A stretch of 30,715 nucleotides of DNA from assembly GCA_048213135.1 (NCBI GenBank), contig PS015022.1, positions 294,915 to 325,629 on the forward strand, in the 5' to 3' direction. The notes under the pieces are model-generated. The model saw only the letters and a list, made by a program, of their open reading frames with translations. It was not told where the DNA came from and searched no databases. The stretch's first letter is position 1. Each line of letters begins with the position of its first letter. The position numbers and the translations under genes are program-made. This document shows, piece after piece, positions 1 to 11,529 of this stretch. This DNA comes from Reclinomonas americana ATCC 50394. Taxonomy: Eukaryota.

Positions 1-3000
1 ACTCTCGCAAACTTGCTGGGCGAGGCTGTGCGCTTGCTGCGTGCGAAGAGTGGAGACGGGGCACTGGAGATTGTGGGGGTGGAGAAGCCGATGGAATTCG
101 ACCTGGAGGATGCACCGGTGACGAAGCTGAAAACGCTGGGCATCAAGGCCTCCACGCATCTTGTGGTCCGTGTGAATCTTGGCGCCGCGCTGTCGTCGAG
201 TGGAGGAAGTGGGAGGTCTGTGCGTGTGCACTTTCTTCGTGTCGCAATGCGCGCACGCCACTCACTCCTCTGCGTCAACAACAGCACCTCGGAGCGCGAA
301 ACGCGGTGTGTGCATGTGTCCCGTGAGGTGTCGCCACACACACTCTTCTTGACACTGACTGAGCGCGCAGCATGATCAACTCGCAGCGCATCGACATGGC
401 TTTTGAGGTCGTCGAGGACGCGATTCGTCTGCGCTGTCAGCGCGAATTGGCGCAGTTCAGTCGCGATCATCCCAACTTTGATGTGCGGGCGTGGGTTCCG
501 ACGCACGAGCCGCCTGGCATGGACAAGCAGACTCTCAAGCTGTGGCGATCGCGACACAGCCCATTGCACCACGAGTGCAACCTGTACGTCAAGCTGTACA
601 AGGAGGTGTATGCGCCGATGCTGGAGTGGAAGGCACAGTTCGACGCCGACCCCGCCTCCGATCCGCAGTGCGACGCCTTCGACATGACCGCAATGTGGAC
701 CATACTGACCAACGGAGGATACGTGGAGGAGACGCCGAGTTCTACTGTGTGCGCCTCGTTTCGGCTGCTGAGTGCGGGCCGGGAACGACATGCAATTAAC
801 TGTGCACACGATGTTCGCAACAAGTTGATGCACGGACACCAGTGGCAATCGGCGGAAGTGCAGGCGGATCTGGCAGACGATGGTGTGTTCCTCCACATCA
901 TCTCTCGGCTTTCGTTGACGGCCGATGAGCGTGCAGTCTTTGTCAATCGCATTCGTGAAGCGCGGTTTGTGCAGCTGAATATCAGCACGTACGAAGAGCG
1001 ACTGCATCGATTGGCGTTGCGCGAAATCGAGTTTTATCGATGCGATGAAACATTTCAGAAGAGTATGCAGACCTACGTTCCGCTGCAATGCTCACATGAG
1101 CGTGACGTCTCCGCGAGAGACAAGATGACGGATCTGGTGAAGGAGGTGGATGCTTTCCTCTCCGCCTCCGACACCACCCACCGCGTGCTGGTGCTGTTTG
1201 GCAATAGTGGCGCCGGCAAGACCACCACCATGTCGGTGCTAGCCGAACGAGCATGGCGGCAGCGGCAGGCGGGAGAGAGTCGACGAGTGCCGGTGCGTGT
1301 GCCTCTCGGCGCGCTGCGCAATGCCGACGAGCGATTGTTGGAGGAGGCACTGGAGCGGCTGACGCCCGAATTTGGTTTCGACGAAGACATTCGACGACTG
1401 AAGGATGAACCGTTGCTGTTGCTGTTTGACGGGTACGATGAGTTGTATCGTGGTGTCAATCTGTTTGTCAAGAACCAGTTGGATGCATCCGTATGTCGCG
1501 ACTTGAAGGTGATTATCACCTGTCGAGGCGACTATGCGTTGACGGCACTGGGTGGTATCGCCAATTATCCACGGTTCTTTGCACCAATGGACAGTCACAA
1601 TCAGATGCGCGTGGATCAATTGGTAGAACGGCATATTGCGTCGTTCAACGAGGCGCAGATTGAAGAGTATTTTGACCGATTGGTGAACGTCGACATTGAC
1701 AGCGGTGGAGCCGCGGATGGCGGCGCTGGCGACATGTCGCAGTGGGCCACAGCCGCAGAGTACGTGACCGCGCTGCATGAAGTGCGAGGTCTGAAAGAGC
1801 TGGTGTCGAATCCGTTCATGCTCTCTGTGGTGGCTCGTGTGCTGCCGGCGCTGGTGGCGAGTGGCGTGCATCGCCCGACCCGGTGTGACGTATTTGACCG
1901 CTTCATTCGACAGTGGATCAAGAGAGAACAGGAGAGGCAGACCGGCCTCAATGCCTCGCGGGTACCGAGTGAGGAGAAGTGTCTCGCGTTCTGTGAGGGA
2001 CTTTCACGAGTGATGCACGAGCGAAATGTGGTTCGTGTGTCTGTGACGGAGAGTCAGTCAAGTGACGGAGAAGAAGGGGATGACTTTGGCGGTGCCCCAC
2101 TCGCTGCTCAACAGGAGGAAGAGGGACCATATGACAAGTTCCTCGGCCACAAGAACGAATATGTGCGGGTGTGCTGCCCGATTGTGCAACGCTATGGGTC
2201 AGAGCAGTGGGGGTTCGTGCATCTGTCGTTGCTGGAGCATTGTGTGGCACGGCATGTGTTTGCGTGGGAGACCTGGAAGGAGGAGAGGAGGTTGATGGTG
2301 CATGATCTGCAGCAGCATGTGCTGGCAGTGCGACTGCTGAACGACAGACCATCGTTGGTGGAGCAGATGGCGGAGGTAGTGCGACGGTCTCGTGCTTTGC
2401 AAAAGAGACTGTTAGAGGTGATTGAGTTGTCACGGGAGGTGGATGAGGAACGAGTGGTGACGGCAGCCGCGAATGCAGCGACGGTGTTGTGTGTGGCGCA
2501 GGTGTCGTTCAGCGGACGGGATCTGTCAGGTGTGCGAGTGAGGGGTGCGGATTTGAGGGATGCGGTGATGCACAAGACGGTGTTGAGGGAGGCCGACTTG
2601 CGCAAGGCAAATCTCAGTCGTGCCTTCTGTCGGGAAGCCGACTTTACGCAGTGCAAGATCGATGGTGCGTGGTTGTCGGAGAGACCGCTGGAGGGACATC
2701 AGGGCAATGTGCGATCGGTGGTAGTGTCAGCTGACGGAAGCCGGATTATCAGCGGGAGCTGGGACAAGACGGTACGAGTGTGGAACGCAGACACGGAGCG
2801 GGAAGAATTCTGCCTCGAGGGACACACCGAGCCGGTGCAAGCGGTGGCGATTACGGTGGACGGTAGCCGCGTCGTGAGCGCCGGTCAGGACGCAACACTT
2901 CGTGTGTGGTCCCTTCCGGCTGCCGATTCCGCTGCGCATCGCTGTTACAATCCCGGAGCGGACAAGATCTTTTCGGTGGCGGTCACTCGTGACGGCCAGC

Positions 3001-5043
3001 ATGTTGTGTGTGGCTGCAAGGATGCCACGATTCGGGTTCTGCAATTGAGTGACGGTCAGGAGGTGCAGTGCTTGCGCGGGCACGACGGTCACGTGTGGTC
3101 TGTTGTGCTGACTGCCGATGACACGCACATCGTCAGCGGCAGTGGCGACAAAACCGTACGAATGTGGTCACGAAGTGACGGTCGCGAAGTGCGCCGATTC
3201 GAAGGTCACAATCTCGCTGTGATGAGTGTGGCTGTGTCGCCTGATGGGCGCCTGATGGCCAGCGCCACACGTGACGCACGGATTCCTGCGGAGCAAGTCG
3301 AAGCGTATGCTGCCGCACGGGGCGTGATGCTGAGAAATGGTGGGAAGATCGTCCGTGGATCTGTTCGGCTGTGGAGTGTCGAAACGGGCGCTGAGCTGCA
3401 CTGCTTCGAAATGCNNNNNNNNNNNNNNNNNNNNNNNNNNNNNNNNNNNNNNNNNNNNNNNNNNNNNNNNNNNNNNNNNNNNNNNNNNNNNNNNNNNNNN
3501 NNNNNNNNNNNNNNNNNNNNNNNNNNNNNNNNNNNNNNNNNNNNNNNNNNNNNNNNNNNNNNNNNNNNNNNNNNNNNNNNNNNNNNNNNNNNNNNNNNNN
3601 NNNNNNNNNNNNNNNNNNNNNNNNNNNNNNNNNNNNNNNNNNNNNNNNNNNNNNNAGCCCAGGTCCAGTTTCGAAGCTGTGGCGTTCAGTCCCGACAACA
3701 AGTACCTGGTTATTGGCAGTCAGGACTTTAGCGTGCTGGTGTGGTCGCTGGACGAGGACATTGGTCGCGATGTGAAGGTCCGGCGTTTCGAAGGCCACAC
3801 TGACAAGGTGCTGACGGTGACAGTCTCGCCGGACAGTCGATTCGTGATCAGTGGCAGTATCGACCAGACCATTCGCAAGTGGTCGTTGCAGGAGGGCGGT
3901 GTTCGTCGAGTGGACCGTCACGCTCGGTCGGTGCGGGCGCTGGCTCTTTTGCGCGACGCCGAAGGATGCGTGACGCATATTGTCAGTGGCAGTGATGACT
4001 GTGTGTTGCGAATGTGGGACGTGAGCACCGGCGAGGTGTGCAGTCAGCAGCAGCGCAGAGGACAGATTCGATGTGTAGCTGCTGCTGGCTTCCATGTGGG
4101 GAACACGTGGTCGCGACGTGTGGTATGTGCCAGCAAGCACAGTGGTATCACCTCGTTTGCGGTCAGCGCCAATGGCGAACTGACGGAGAGATGGCACGAG
4201 TCAGTGTGTTTGGATAAAAACTCGTTTCACTCGGCTATCATCACACCCGACAATCAGTACGTGCTGGCAGGCGCCACCAACGGCACGGTGTATCAGTGCC
4301 GTATGAGTGATGGCAAGTTGGAGGCGCTGTTTCACAATCACAGCGACTGGGTGTTGGCACTGGCGACCACCAGGGACGGTCGCTTCTTGTTCAGTGGAGG
4401 TGGCGAAGACAAGTTGGTGTTGATGACGCGCCTCGACAACGGCCTCGTGGTGCGGCGCTTTGTCGGCCACGAAACGTATGTGCGCTACATTATGCTGACG
4501 GCCGCTGAGGATGTGATTATCACCAGCTGCGACGACTCGATGCTTCGATTCTGGTCTGTGGAGACTGGCGAGCTGCTTCGTGTCATTGACACTGGCGGGC
4601 AAGGAGACACCAGCATTCGGTGGCTTGCTCTCTCGACTGATGGTGAGACCATCTTTGTTGCGCGCTCCGACGGCACGGTGCAAGGGTGGTCGTGCACGAC
4701 GTCGACCACACCTCCTGAAATGGTGTGCCGACTCGACGGTCACGTGAATCAAGTGCAGTCGATTTTCCTCGACGACAAGAGCAGCGTGCTAGTCAGCGGC
4801 GGAGACGACTGTACTGTTCGCTGGTGGGAGAAAGAGTGGTGCGTTGTGTTGTTCTCGTTGCTGCTTCGCGGCTTGGCCTGATACATTTTGTCCCTTTTTG
4901 TGTGCAGTGACGAGCGTGGCGGCGGGTACCTGCTGACGCGAGTGTTTGGCCTGTTCAGCAGCGACTTGGAGGCGAGTAAAGGCCTGGATCCGGCGCTGGC
5001 GACGCGCTCTGGAGTGAGTGTTGCACGGCTGCCATCCTCATAA
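1..5043 (+). CDS. STAND/NLR-like NACHT-WD40 (NWD) protein: putative Ubl/UBX-like N-terminal exon, HEPN domain, NACHT NTPase, pentapeptide repeats, ~14 WD40 repeats; 5'-partial
   Basis: Walker A GNSGAGKTT (~1200-1226), Walker B LLLLFDGYDEL, sensor VIITCR and NPFML are present. Pentapeptides (ADLRD/ADLRK/ANLSR/ADFTQ) lie at ~2510-2670 and GH...W[DNS] repeats at 2690-4830. The HEPN-like region has FDMTAMWTILTN and RNKLMH (816-833). Predicted introns 216-370 and 4839-4907 keep frame; stop TAA 5041-5043. The frame change between the two long ORFs falls in gap 3415-3655. Confidence 0.9.
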
Positions 5044-5082
5044 GTGAAGCAAGACATTGTATTGTTTGTTTCCGATCCGGTG

Positions 5083-5614
5083 TCACGCTGTCGTTTGTGG
5101 TAGTGCGAGCTGCAGCACTGGCGCCGTTTGCTCCAGCTCAGTCCACTGCCAGTAGGAGAGGTAGGCACGATGAAAGTCGGCAAACGTGCCAGCGTCAATG
5201 TGCTGCCGCGCGGCGCGCACGAATCGACAGCAGTGGTCCAGATTGTGGCTGCGCACACACGAGCATTAGTGAGGAAGAAACAATGACTCGCGGGAAGGAA
5301 GGAAAACGCAACATGGCCAGCAGAATGGGGGCGAGCATCTCCTGCGTGTTGTGCAGATGGTGCAAGTAGGCCTTGGTGTGTCGATCGGAGAGCGGTGCTC
5401 CGTGGCCCAATGGCGAGGCGTCGTCCCGGAAACGCAAATGACGGGCATTGACTTTTGGCTGCGCCATGGATGCCAGCAACTCGCGCCGTGGCAGCGAGCG
5501 ATGCACGTCGGTGGACAGGAGCAAATCGATCTCCTCCGACGAGAAGTCGGTGGGGAACGTGAGNNNNNNNNNNNNNNNNNNNNCGCCAGCTCGATCGGGT
5601 ACTCGGTCAGCAGC
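5083..5614 (-). CDS. QTRT2: 3' part of queuine tRNA-ribosyltransferase accessory subunit (QTRT2-like)
   Basis: Spliced translation LLTEYPIELA-(gap)-LTFPTDF...FRDDASPL...HTKAYLHHLHNTQEMLAPILLA|IHNLDHCCRFVRAARQHIDAGTF matches the TGT C-terminus (HTRAYIHHL...LL.HN). Intron 5249-5312; stop TGA at 5083-5085. Confidence 0.85.
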
Positions 5615-5624
5615 GTGTGATCGC

Positions 5625-6238
5625 GATCGACTCAGCAGCCTGTGATCGACTCGGTGGTGAGGGTGAAGAGCGATGGTCAACTGCCAAAGATTACATCGAT
5701 GCACTGGAGATTGTGCCCGTGTGCTACCGGCGCTGGTGACAAGTGGCCATGGTGTCCAGCGACCGACTCGGTGTGACGTGTTTGACCGCTTCATTCGACA
5801 GTGGATCAAGAGAGAACAGGAGAGGCAGACGCGTCTTGGGGCAGAGCATGTGCCGAGTGAGAAGAAGTGTCTGTCGTTCTGTGAGGGACTGGCGCGGTTG
5901 ATGTATGAGAGAAATGTGGTTCGTGTGTCTGTGACGGAGAGTCAGTCAAGTGATGGAGAAGAAGAGGATGACTTTGGTGGTGCACCGCTCGCTGCTCAAC
6001 AGGAGGAAGAGGGACCATGTGACAAGTTCCTCCGCCACAATTGCAAGAACGCACAAAACACTTCATTCACCACATTCCAATAATGCGACAAATGTCCACA
6101 AATCCCTTGCCGACGAACGAATATGTGCGGGTGTGCTGCCCGATTGTGCAACGCTATGCATGTATGGATCTGAGCAGTGGGGTTTTGTGTATCTGTCGTT
6201 GCTGGAGCATTGTGTGGCACGGCATGTGTTTGCGTGGT
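5625..6238 (+). pseudogene. Fragment of a NACHT-WD40 paralogue (post-NTPase helical region), disrupted
   Basis: Long identical runs with ~1833-2267 (RPTRCDVFDRFIRQWIKREQERQ, ERNVVRVSVTESQSSDGEE, LSLLEHCVARHVFAW). The GLKELVSNPFML segment is deleted, there is an insertion at ~6041-6114 and there are frameshifts. Confidence 0.88.
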
Positions 6239-6313
6239 GCTATAGATATAAAAAAAACACTTCATTCACCACATTCCAATAATGCGACAAACGCCCACAA
6301 ATCCCTTGCCGAC
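6055..6313. repeat. 60-bp direct repeat (6055-6114 and 6254-6313)
   Basis: aaaacacttcattcaccacattccaataatgcgacaaaYgYccacaaatcccttgccgac; 2 mismatches between copies. Confidence 0.95.
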
Positions 6314-6461
6314 AATGACCTTGGCACCAACAATATACAAACACATAATATAGGAAAGCACACGAGACTTGTTGGCGATCACTGGTAGATGCTCATGATC
6401 ATTGTTGTGTATGGATCAGTGAAGTTTCTATTATTTGACTGCTGTAAAGAAGCGTGCACAA

Positions 6462-9400
6462 TCATCGTTTCTCGCGGTTTAGGAAGCGCAGGCTCAAAAA
6501 GGTGAGCACCTTGCTCGCTGCAATGATGGCAATCATATAGCCGCAGGAGGGCCACTTGTCGTCGACTGAAATCGCGTAGTACTGTTGCAGTAGCTCTTCG
6601 CCATCAGGGCAGTGCGGCGTGGGCGGACAGCGGAAAGTGCGATTGGCCATTTCTAACACGTACAAGAGAGTGGTCACGACGACACTGGAGGCGATGAATG
6701 CAGAAAATCATGATCACTTGTACATACCGGAGATCGCCAAGGCTTGAAAACCCCAGCGAAAGAATGAGAGGTACTCGATGCCAGTGTAGTGGAAGTATGA
6801 AGGCACCTGCACTCTCAAATGAGTAAGTCCATTGAGAAACAAAAAACTCAGCTTCTTGCATGCAGCAGCACCTCGACGATGAAGAACTTGGAGAACAAAA
6901 TCTAAGACCGCGTCGGCGATGATGCGATAAGTTATGAGAACCATGGACGATCGACAAGCTCGTACACCACGATTGCAGTTGCATTGACACGAACCATCAT
7001 GGACAGCAGCATAGCGACAGCAGCACTCGCAACCGTAAAGTTTGGCGTGATTGACGCTGCGTAGACGTCAGTCACAGTGGCCATAACTTCAAGATTGCGA
7101 TAGTTATTGGCTCACCAATAAACTGGCAGGTGGAATAACCGGCGTTCAAGATCAGGAACGAGGCGAATACAAAGAAGGCAAACCTGCCGAAGTCGGCTTG
7201 AAATCCCATCTGTGTACGTGTGTCAACTTAATCTTTCTCAGTTGAAGAAACACAAATAGAGTCGTCAAACCATGAAATAGGCCACCACCGTGAACGAGAG
7301 GCTCTCCGCGACCGACACAACCAAATCGCAAACAGTAATGGCAATGAACATTGACGACGTGCGGTACAGCCGAGAAGCTCGCTCCCTCTGGAAGCGCGCA
7401 CGCTCTTCAATCACTGCAAAACGAGCAGAACGACGACCATGAATGTGTGTGGGCTATGAGAAACACTGATACACACAAGCAATTATCATCAATCGACGAA
7501 CGACGAGGCATTGTGGGTATCGAAGAGAGTCCAAAGAAGGTGACGTTGAAAAAGATGGCCTTGAACTTGTCCAGCGCTCTCGCCAAGTCGGTGAGCTCAA
7601 GTCCCAAGTATACAAGGCCGACCATTAAGGCAATGATGATTGACCCAGCCAGCCTGCGCAAGATTTGTTCACAATGACACATACACAACCAACTTCTCGG
7701 ATATCGCGTCTCCACACACCGAGACCAGATCACCGAGAACTCCCGAAGTGAGTACCTCCAGATTCGTGAACTCAGGATGACAAACTGTTGCGGTATACAC
7801 GCTCTCGGTAAATAATCACACAGCGCCAAGTACAAGTGAACTGCACCCGAGAAAGGAACGAACTTCCTTAAGAATGCCGTTGGGATAAGCAGCCTCCTGT
7901 AGATCACACGCGTAATGCGTCAAACCATCATGCACAAGAGGACCGTCTGTATCGCAACATCTCTCGCATGTACATACCTCGATGGCCTCTAGTCTTTTTG
8001 CCGATGTCGCGTACACGAGCCCTGAACCAGTAGATCATGTGGACAATGTCAGAACTCTTGAATACTCCTGCAACGGGAAAATGCTCACGCAACTGTTAAC
8101 AAACTGGTCAAAGTGTGCTGCATCCCCACCCGGGACTGGAGCTCCTTCTTGCATTTGCTGCCCCTGTCCAGGTTCAACGAAGCGGAAAGGAGGATCCTCA
8201 TTACCGTAGTCTTCGGGCCGTCCCTGAATCCTCTGAAGCAATCCCAACACCCTGTCAGCAGGATTCAACAACGCGCCGCCCTCCTCGATGTCGGAGTCTT
8301 GATTTTGTCCACGTGGAATCAACCAACGGGCCCCGCGGCCGAAACCTAAAGCTTCGCCTTGGGCAACGACATCGGCCACGGAGGAAAGCGCTTGCTTCGG
8401 TGGCCCAATGTAGATGGTTCGGCCGCCTTCTGCGAATGTTGCAACATATATATATGATGATGCTCAGCGCACGTCACTCTTCGGGCCGGCGGGGCATAGC
8501 AACAGACAACATTGTTGCGCAACTTGCCAAAAGTACTACCATGTCAAACATGTCAAAGACTTCCTCAGAAGGTTGGTGGATTGTCATGAGAGCGAAACGT
8601 GACTGTCTGCGCCCCATCACCCACGCTTGAATCCGATGCACCAGAACACGAGCGCTGTTGCCGTCCAGCCCTATGGTGCTGTCATGAGCAAGAAAACTAA
8701 AGAGCTCTGATGTGCTGCAGCAATAATTCTTGCTGGCTGCGCATATGTGCATACTGCTCTCTGAAACTCGTTGCGCACGGACATGAATGCGCTGCANNNN
8801 NNNNNNNNNNNNNNNNNNNNNNNNNNNNNNNNNNNNNNNNNNNNNNNNNNNNNNNNNNNNNNNNNNNNNNNNNNNNNNNNNNNNNNNNNNNNNNNNNNNN
8901 NNNNNNNNNNNNNNNNNNNNNNNNNNNNNNNNNNNNNNNNNNNNNNNNNNNNNNNNNNNNNNNNNNNNNNNNNNNNNNNNNNNNNNNNNNNNNNNNNNNN
9001 NNNNNNNNNNNNNNNNNNNNNNNNNNNNNNNNNNNNNNNNNNNNNNNNNNNNNNNNNNNNNNNNNNNNNNNNNNNNNNNNNNNNNNNNNNNNNNNNNNNN
9101 NNNNNNNNNNNNNNNNNNNNNNNNNNNNNNNNNNNNNNNNNNNNNNNNNNNNNNNNNNNNNNNNNNNNNNNNNNNNNNNNNNNNNNNNNNNNNNNNNNNN
9201 NNNNNNNNNNNNNNNNNNNNNNNNNNNNNNNNNNNNNNNNNNNNNNNNNNNNNNNNNNNNNNNNNNNNNNNNNNNNNNNNNNNNNNNNNNNNNNNNNNNN
9301 NNNNNNNNNNNNNNNNNNNNNNNNNNNNNNNNNNNNNNNNNTTGGTTGGCGTCCCGAGGCCGCAGGCGGCGACACTACGAAGGAAACCGAACGAAGGGGA

Positions 9401-11529
9401 GCCGGCTGCGGCGGAGTGACACGAGCCATCAGAGGCTGGTCCATCAGACGCACGAACTCAGCCGAAACCACCGTGTCCGGTACGCCGGTGCCCGCCTCCA
9501 GACGCGAGTAGGTGTGCACCATGCGCTCGACGCGCCAGTTGAACAGGAATGCCACCTGCTTGACAGAGAAGCCAAGCAGACGTGCCGCCGAGCAGGCACC
9601 TGACCGAAGTGACGAGCCACTGACGGCACCCGACGACTGGCGAATGTGACCAACTGGGGATACTGATATGGCCGCATCCACCGCCGCACGAACCGCCACC
9701 CGCACAGCCTGTAAGTCCATCGGGCCGCCACGGGCGGATGGGAAAAGCGGAGCGCCTGGACCATCACCGTCAGCCAGTCGAGAAGCCACCCACGCTTGCA
9801 GACGCGATAACCACGGAGACCCGCGCCAGTCGCCGTACCACAGCAAAGACCGAGGAGGTTGAGGACGAAGGCGCTCAGTCTTCTCCACCGGAACCGTGAA
9901 CCGGGACACCTTGCCGGCGTTGTCGAATGCAACATCGCACAGCCTGATGCTGGCCAAAGAACCGGGGCGGAGACCGAGGAAGAAGCCAGTGACCACCAGG
10001 AGAGCCTGCGCCTCCGAGCACGACAGCGACGATGGCGAAGCACGAAGGAGCACCGAAACCACACGCCAGTCCAGAGCGCGCGACCGATGCAGCGGGTCGG
10101 CCGCCAGCGCCACAGCCTCCGTGTCCCACGGATCCGACGGTGTCGCCGCCAAACCCGCGACCATGTCCTGCTTGTACAAAGCCGAATAGCCAGCCATCGC
10201 CTGCGTCACCAGGAAGTGCTTGGTAGGATCGTCAACGCTCAGCACCCGGTGAAACCGTGAAATGGCCGACAACAAGTTGCGGATGGTGGAAGGGGCATAC
10301 GCCACCTCTCGACCACTACGGCACCGCTCCAAAATCGCCAGAACGCTCGANNNNNNNNNNNNNNNNNNNNAAATAAACTCACCTGTTGTCGGTTCATCCA
10401 GGAACAAGGCAGAAGGTTCTCGAAGCAATTCCACAGCAACGGCAAGCCTCCTTCGCTCACCTGCGACGGCAAAAGAACGGCATGAAACCGGCGAGTGCAA
10501 AACGCCGCAAAGGGGAACGCAGCAGTGATATACAGCGCACGCACCGCCAGATAGCCCTCGTTTCATCACCGAGCCGACTTGGCTGTTTGCCTTGCCTGTT
10601 AGGCCCATAATCCTCATTACTTCGTCCACCTGCGCTACGTACAAGTACCGACGAGTTTAGTGTAACTATACTCGCTCGTTGTCGACGAAGTGGCACGAAC
10701 CTTTGTGCTCTGTTGACGAAGTCGCCCAACATATTCCAGCGTCTAAGACCACAAACAAGAGGATGCCGCTCAACAAAAGCGATCGACGAAGCCGCAGGGA
10801 ACCATTAACGGTAACGCACCTCGCGCACTGTCAGTACTGGATTCAGCGTGTCGTCCTGTGTGAAAAATCACGTCCACGTTTAGATGGACGTCCAGTCGGC
10901 TAGCAGAAGTGATGGATGTACCTGAAGAACGTAAGCTGTGGACCGTTGAGGCATAGTATTACACACTTGGGTGACAATTATGATGGATTTGTTTACGGCA
11001 CCTGAACAAGCTTTGAAGGATCGGCCTACATTAGTGAGCGACTGCTGGTTGACCAAGATGTCGTCAGAATAAGTGTCTCTCGCTCGGCCAGTAACTGCAG
11101 TCCAAGCATGTATGAGGGGTATGATTTCGATCATCGCAACACGACGAAAGACTAAGGGAGGACGCACGTGCGTCCAGCAAACAGGTTTTCCCAGCACCGC
11201 TGGGGCCTGCACATGCAACAAGTGCTTAGCAAAGTGGAACGCAGCGCCCACACATTCACAGCACTCCCTTCACCGAGAATAGCAACGGTCATCCCCGGCC
11301 TCACAAATCCGACGGTGTTGTTCAACAGTGTCATTGTCTATCGACATGCATGCGTGATTAGAGACAACGCTGCGACACTGAAATGCACGAAACAGCACGC
11401 AGCTGTGTTGCGTTGCTTGATCGAGCGGCGTACGTTTTTCCAAGTCAACGTACATGTAATTGGATCCAAAGTCGGCAAATGCTCGAGCTCATGCATGCGG
11501 TGGTACTCGCCACTGGCACCTGCAGCCAT
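6462..11529 (-). CDS. ABCG (White-like) half transporter, multi-exon; start codon uncertain
   Basis: Spliced motifs in order: LTWKNV, AILG|PSGAGKT (Walker A), AYVLQ|DDTLNPVLTVRE, RGLSG|GERRRLAVAVELLREPSALFLDEPTT|GLD, TIHQPS, LLA|KGGRTIYIGP, NPAD. The TM domain follows (ERARFQRERASRLY; EYLSFFRWGFQALA) and ends FLNREKR*. Confidence 0.92.
9342..10350 (-). mobile_element. DIRS/Ngaro-type tyrosine recombinase ORF (partial, gap-flanked) inside an ABCG intron
   Basis: Open frame with core-binding segment YAPSTIRNLLSAISRFH...DPT and catalytic-domain motifs FFLGLRPGSL (R), VEKT (K), PLFP, SGSSLRSG (HxxR position), FNW and HTYSR (Y). It lies within intron 8671-10382, which splits DEPTT|GLD. Confidence 0.88.

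Noticed and set aside
3337-3731. Frameshift or two separate genes in the NLR
   Set aside because: The frame change coincides with a gap of estimated length.
2690-4830. HET-E-like highly conserved, hypervariable WD40 repeats
   Set aside because: The visible repeats are divergent from one another, with no sign of concerted evolution outside the gap.
6055-6313. 60-bp repeats as LTRs or transposon ends
   Set aside because: No TG...CA ends, TSD or TIR; better explained as a templated insertion.
8671-10644. Apparent 657-aa ABC-transporter/tyrosine-recombinase fusion ORF
   Set aside because: It is an artefact of reading through introns and N-gaps. A GTGAGT donor follows DEPTT and the ABCG frame resumes at 8670.
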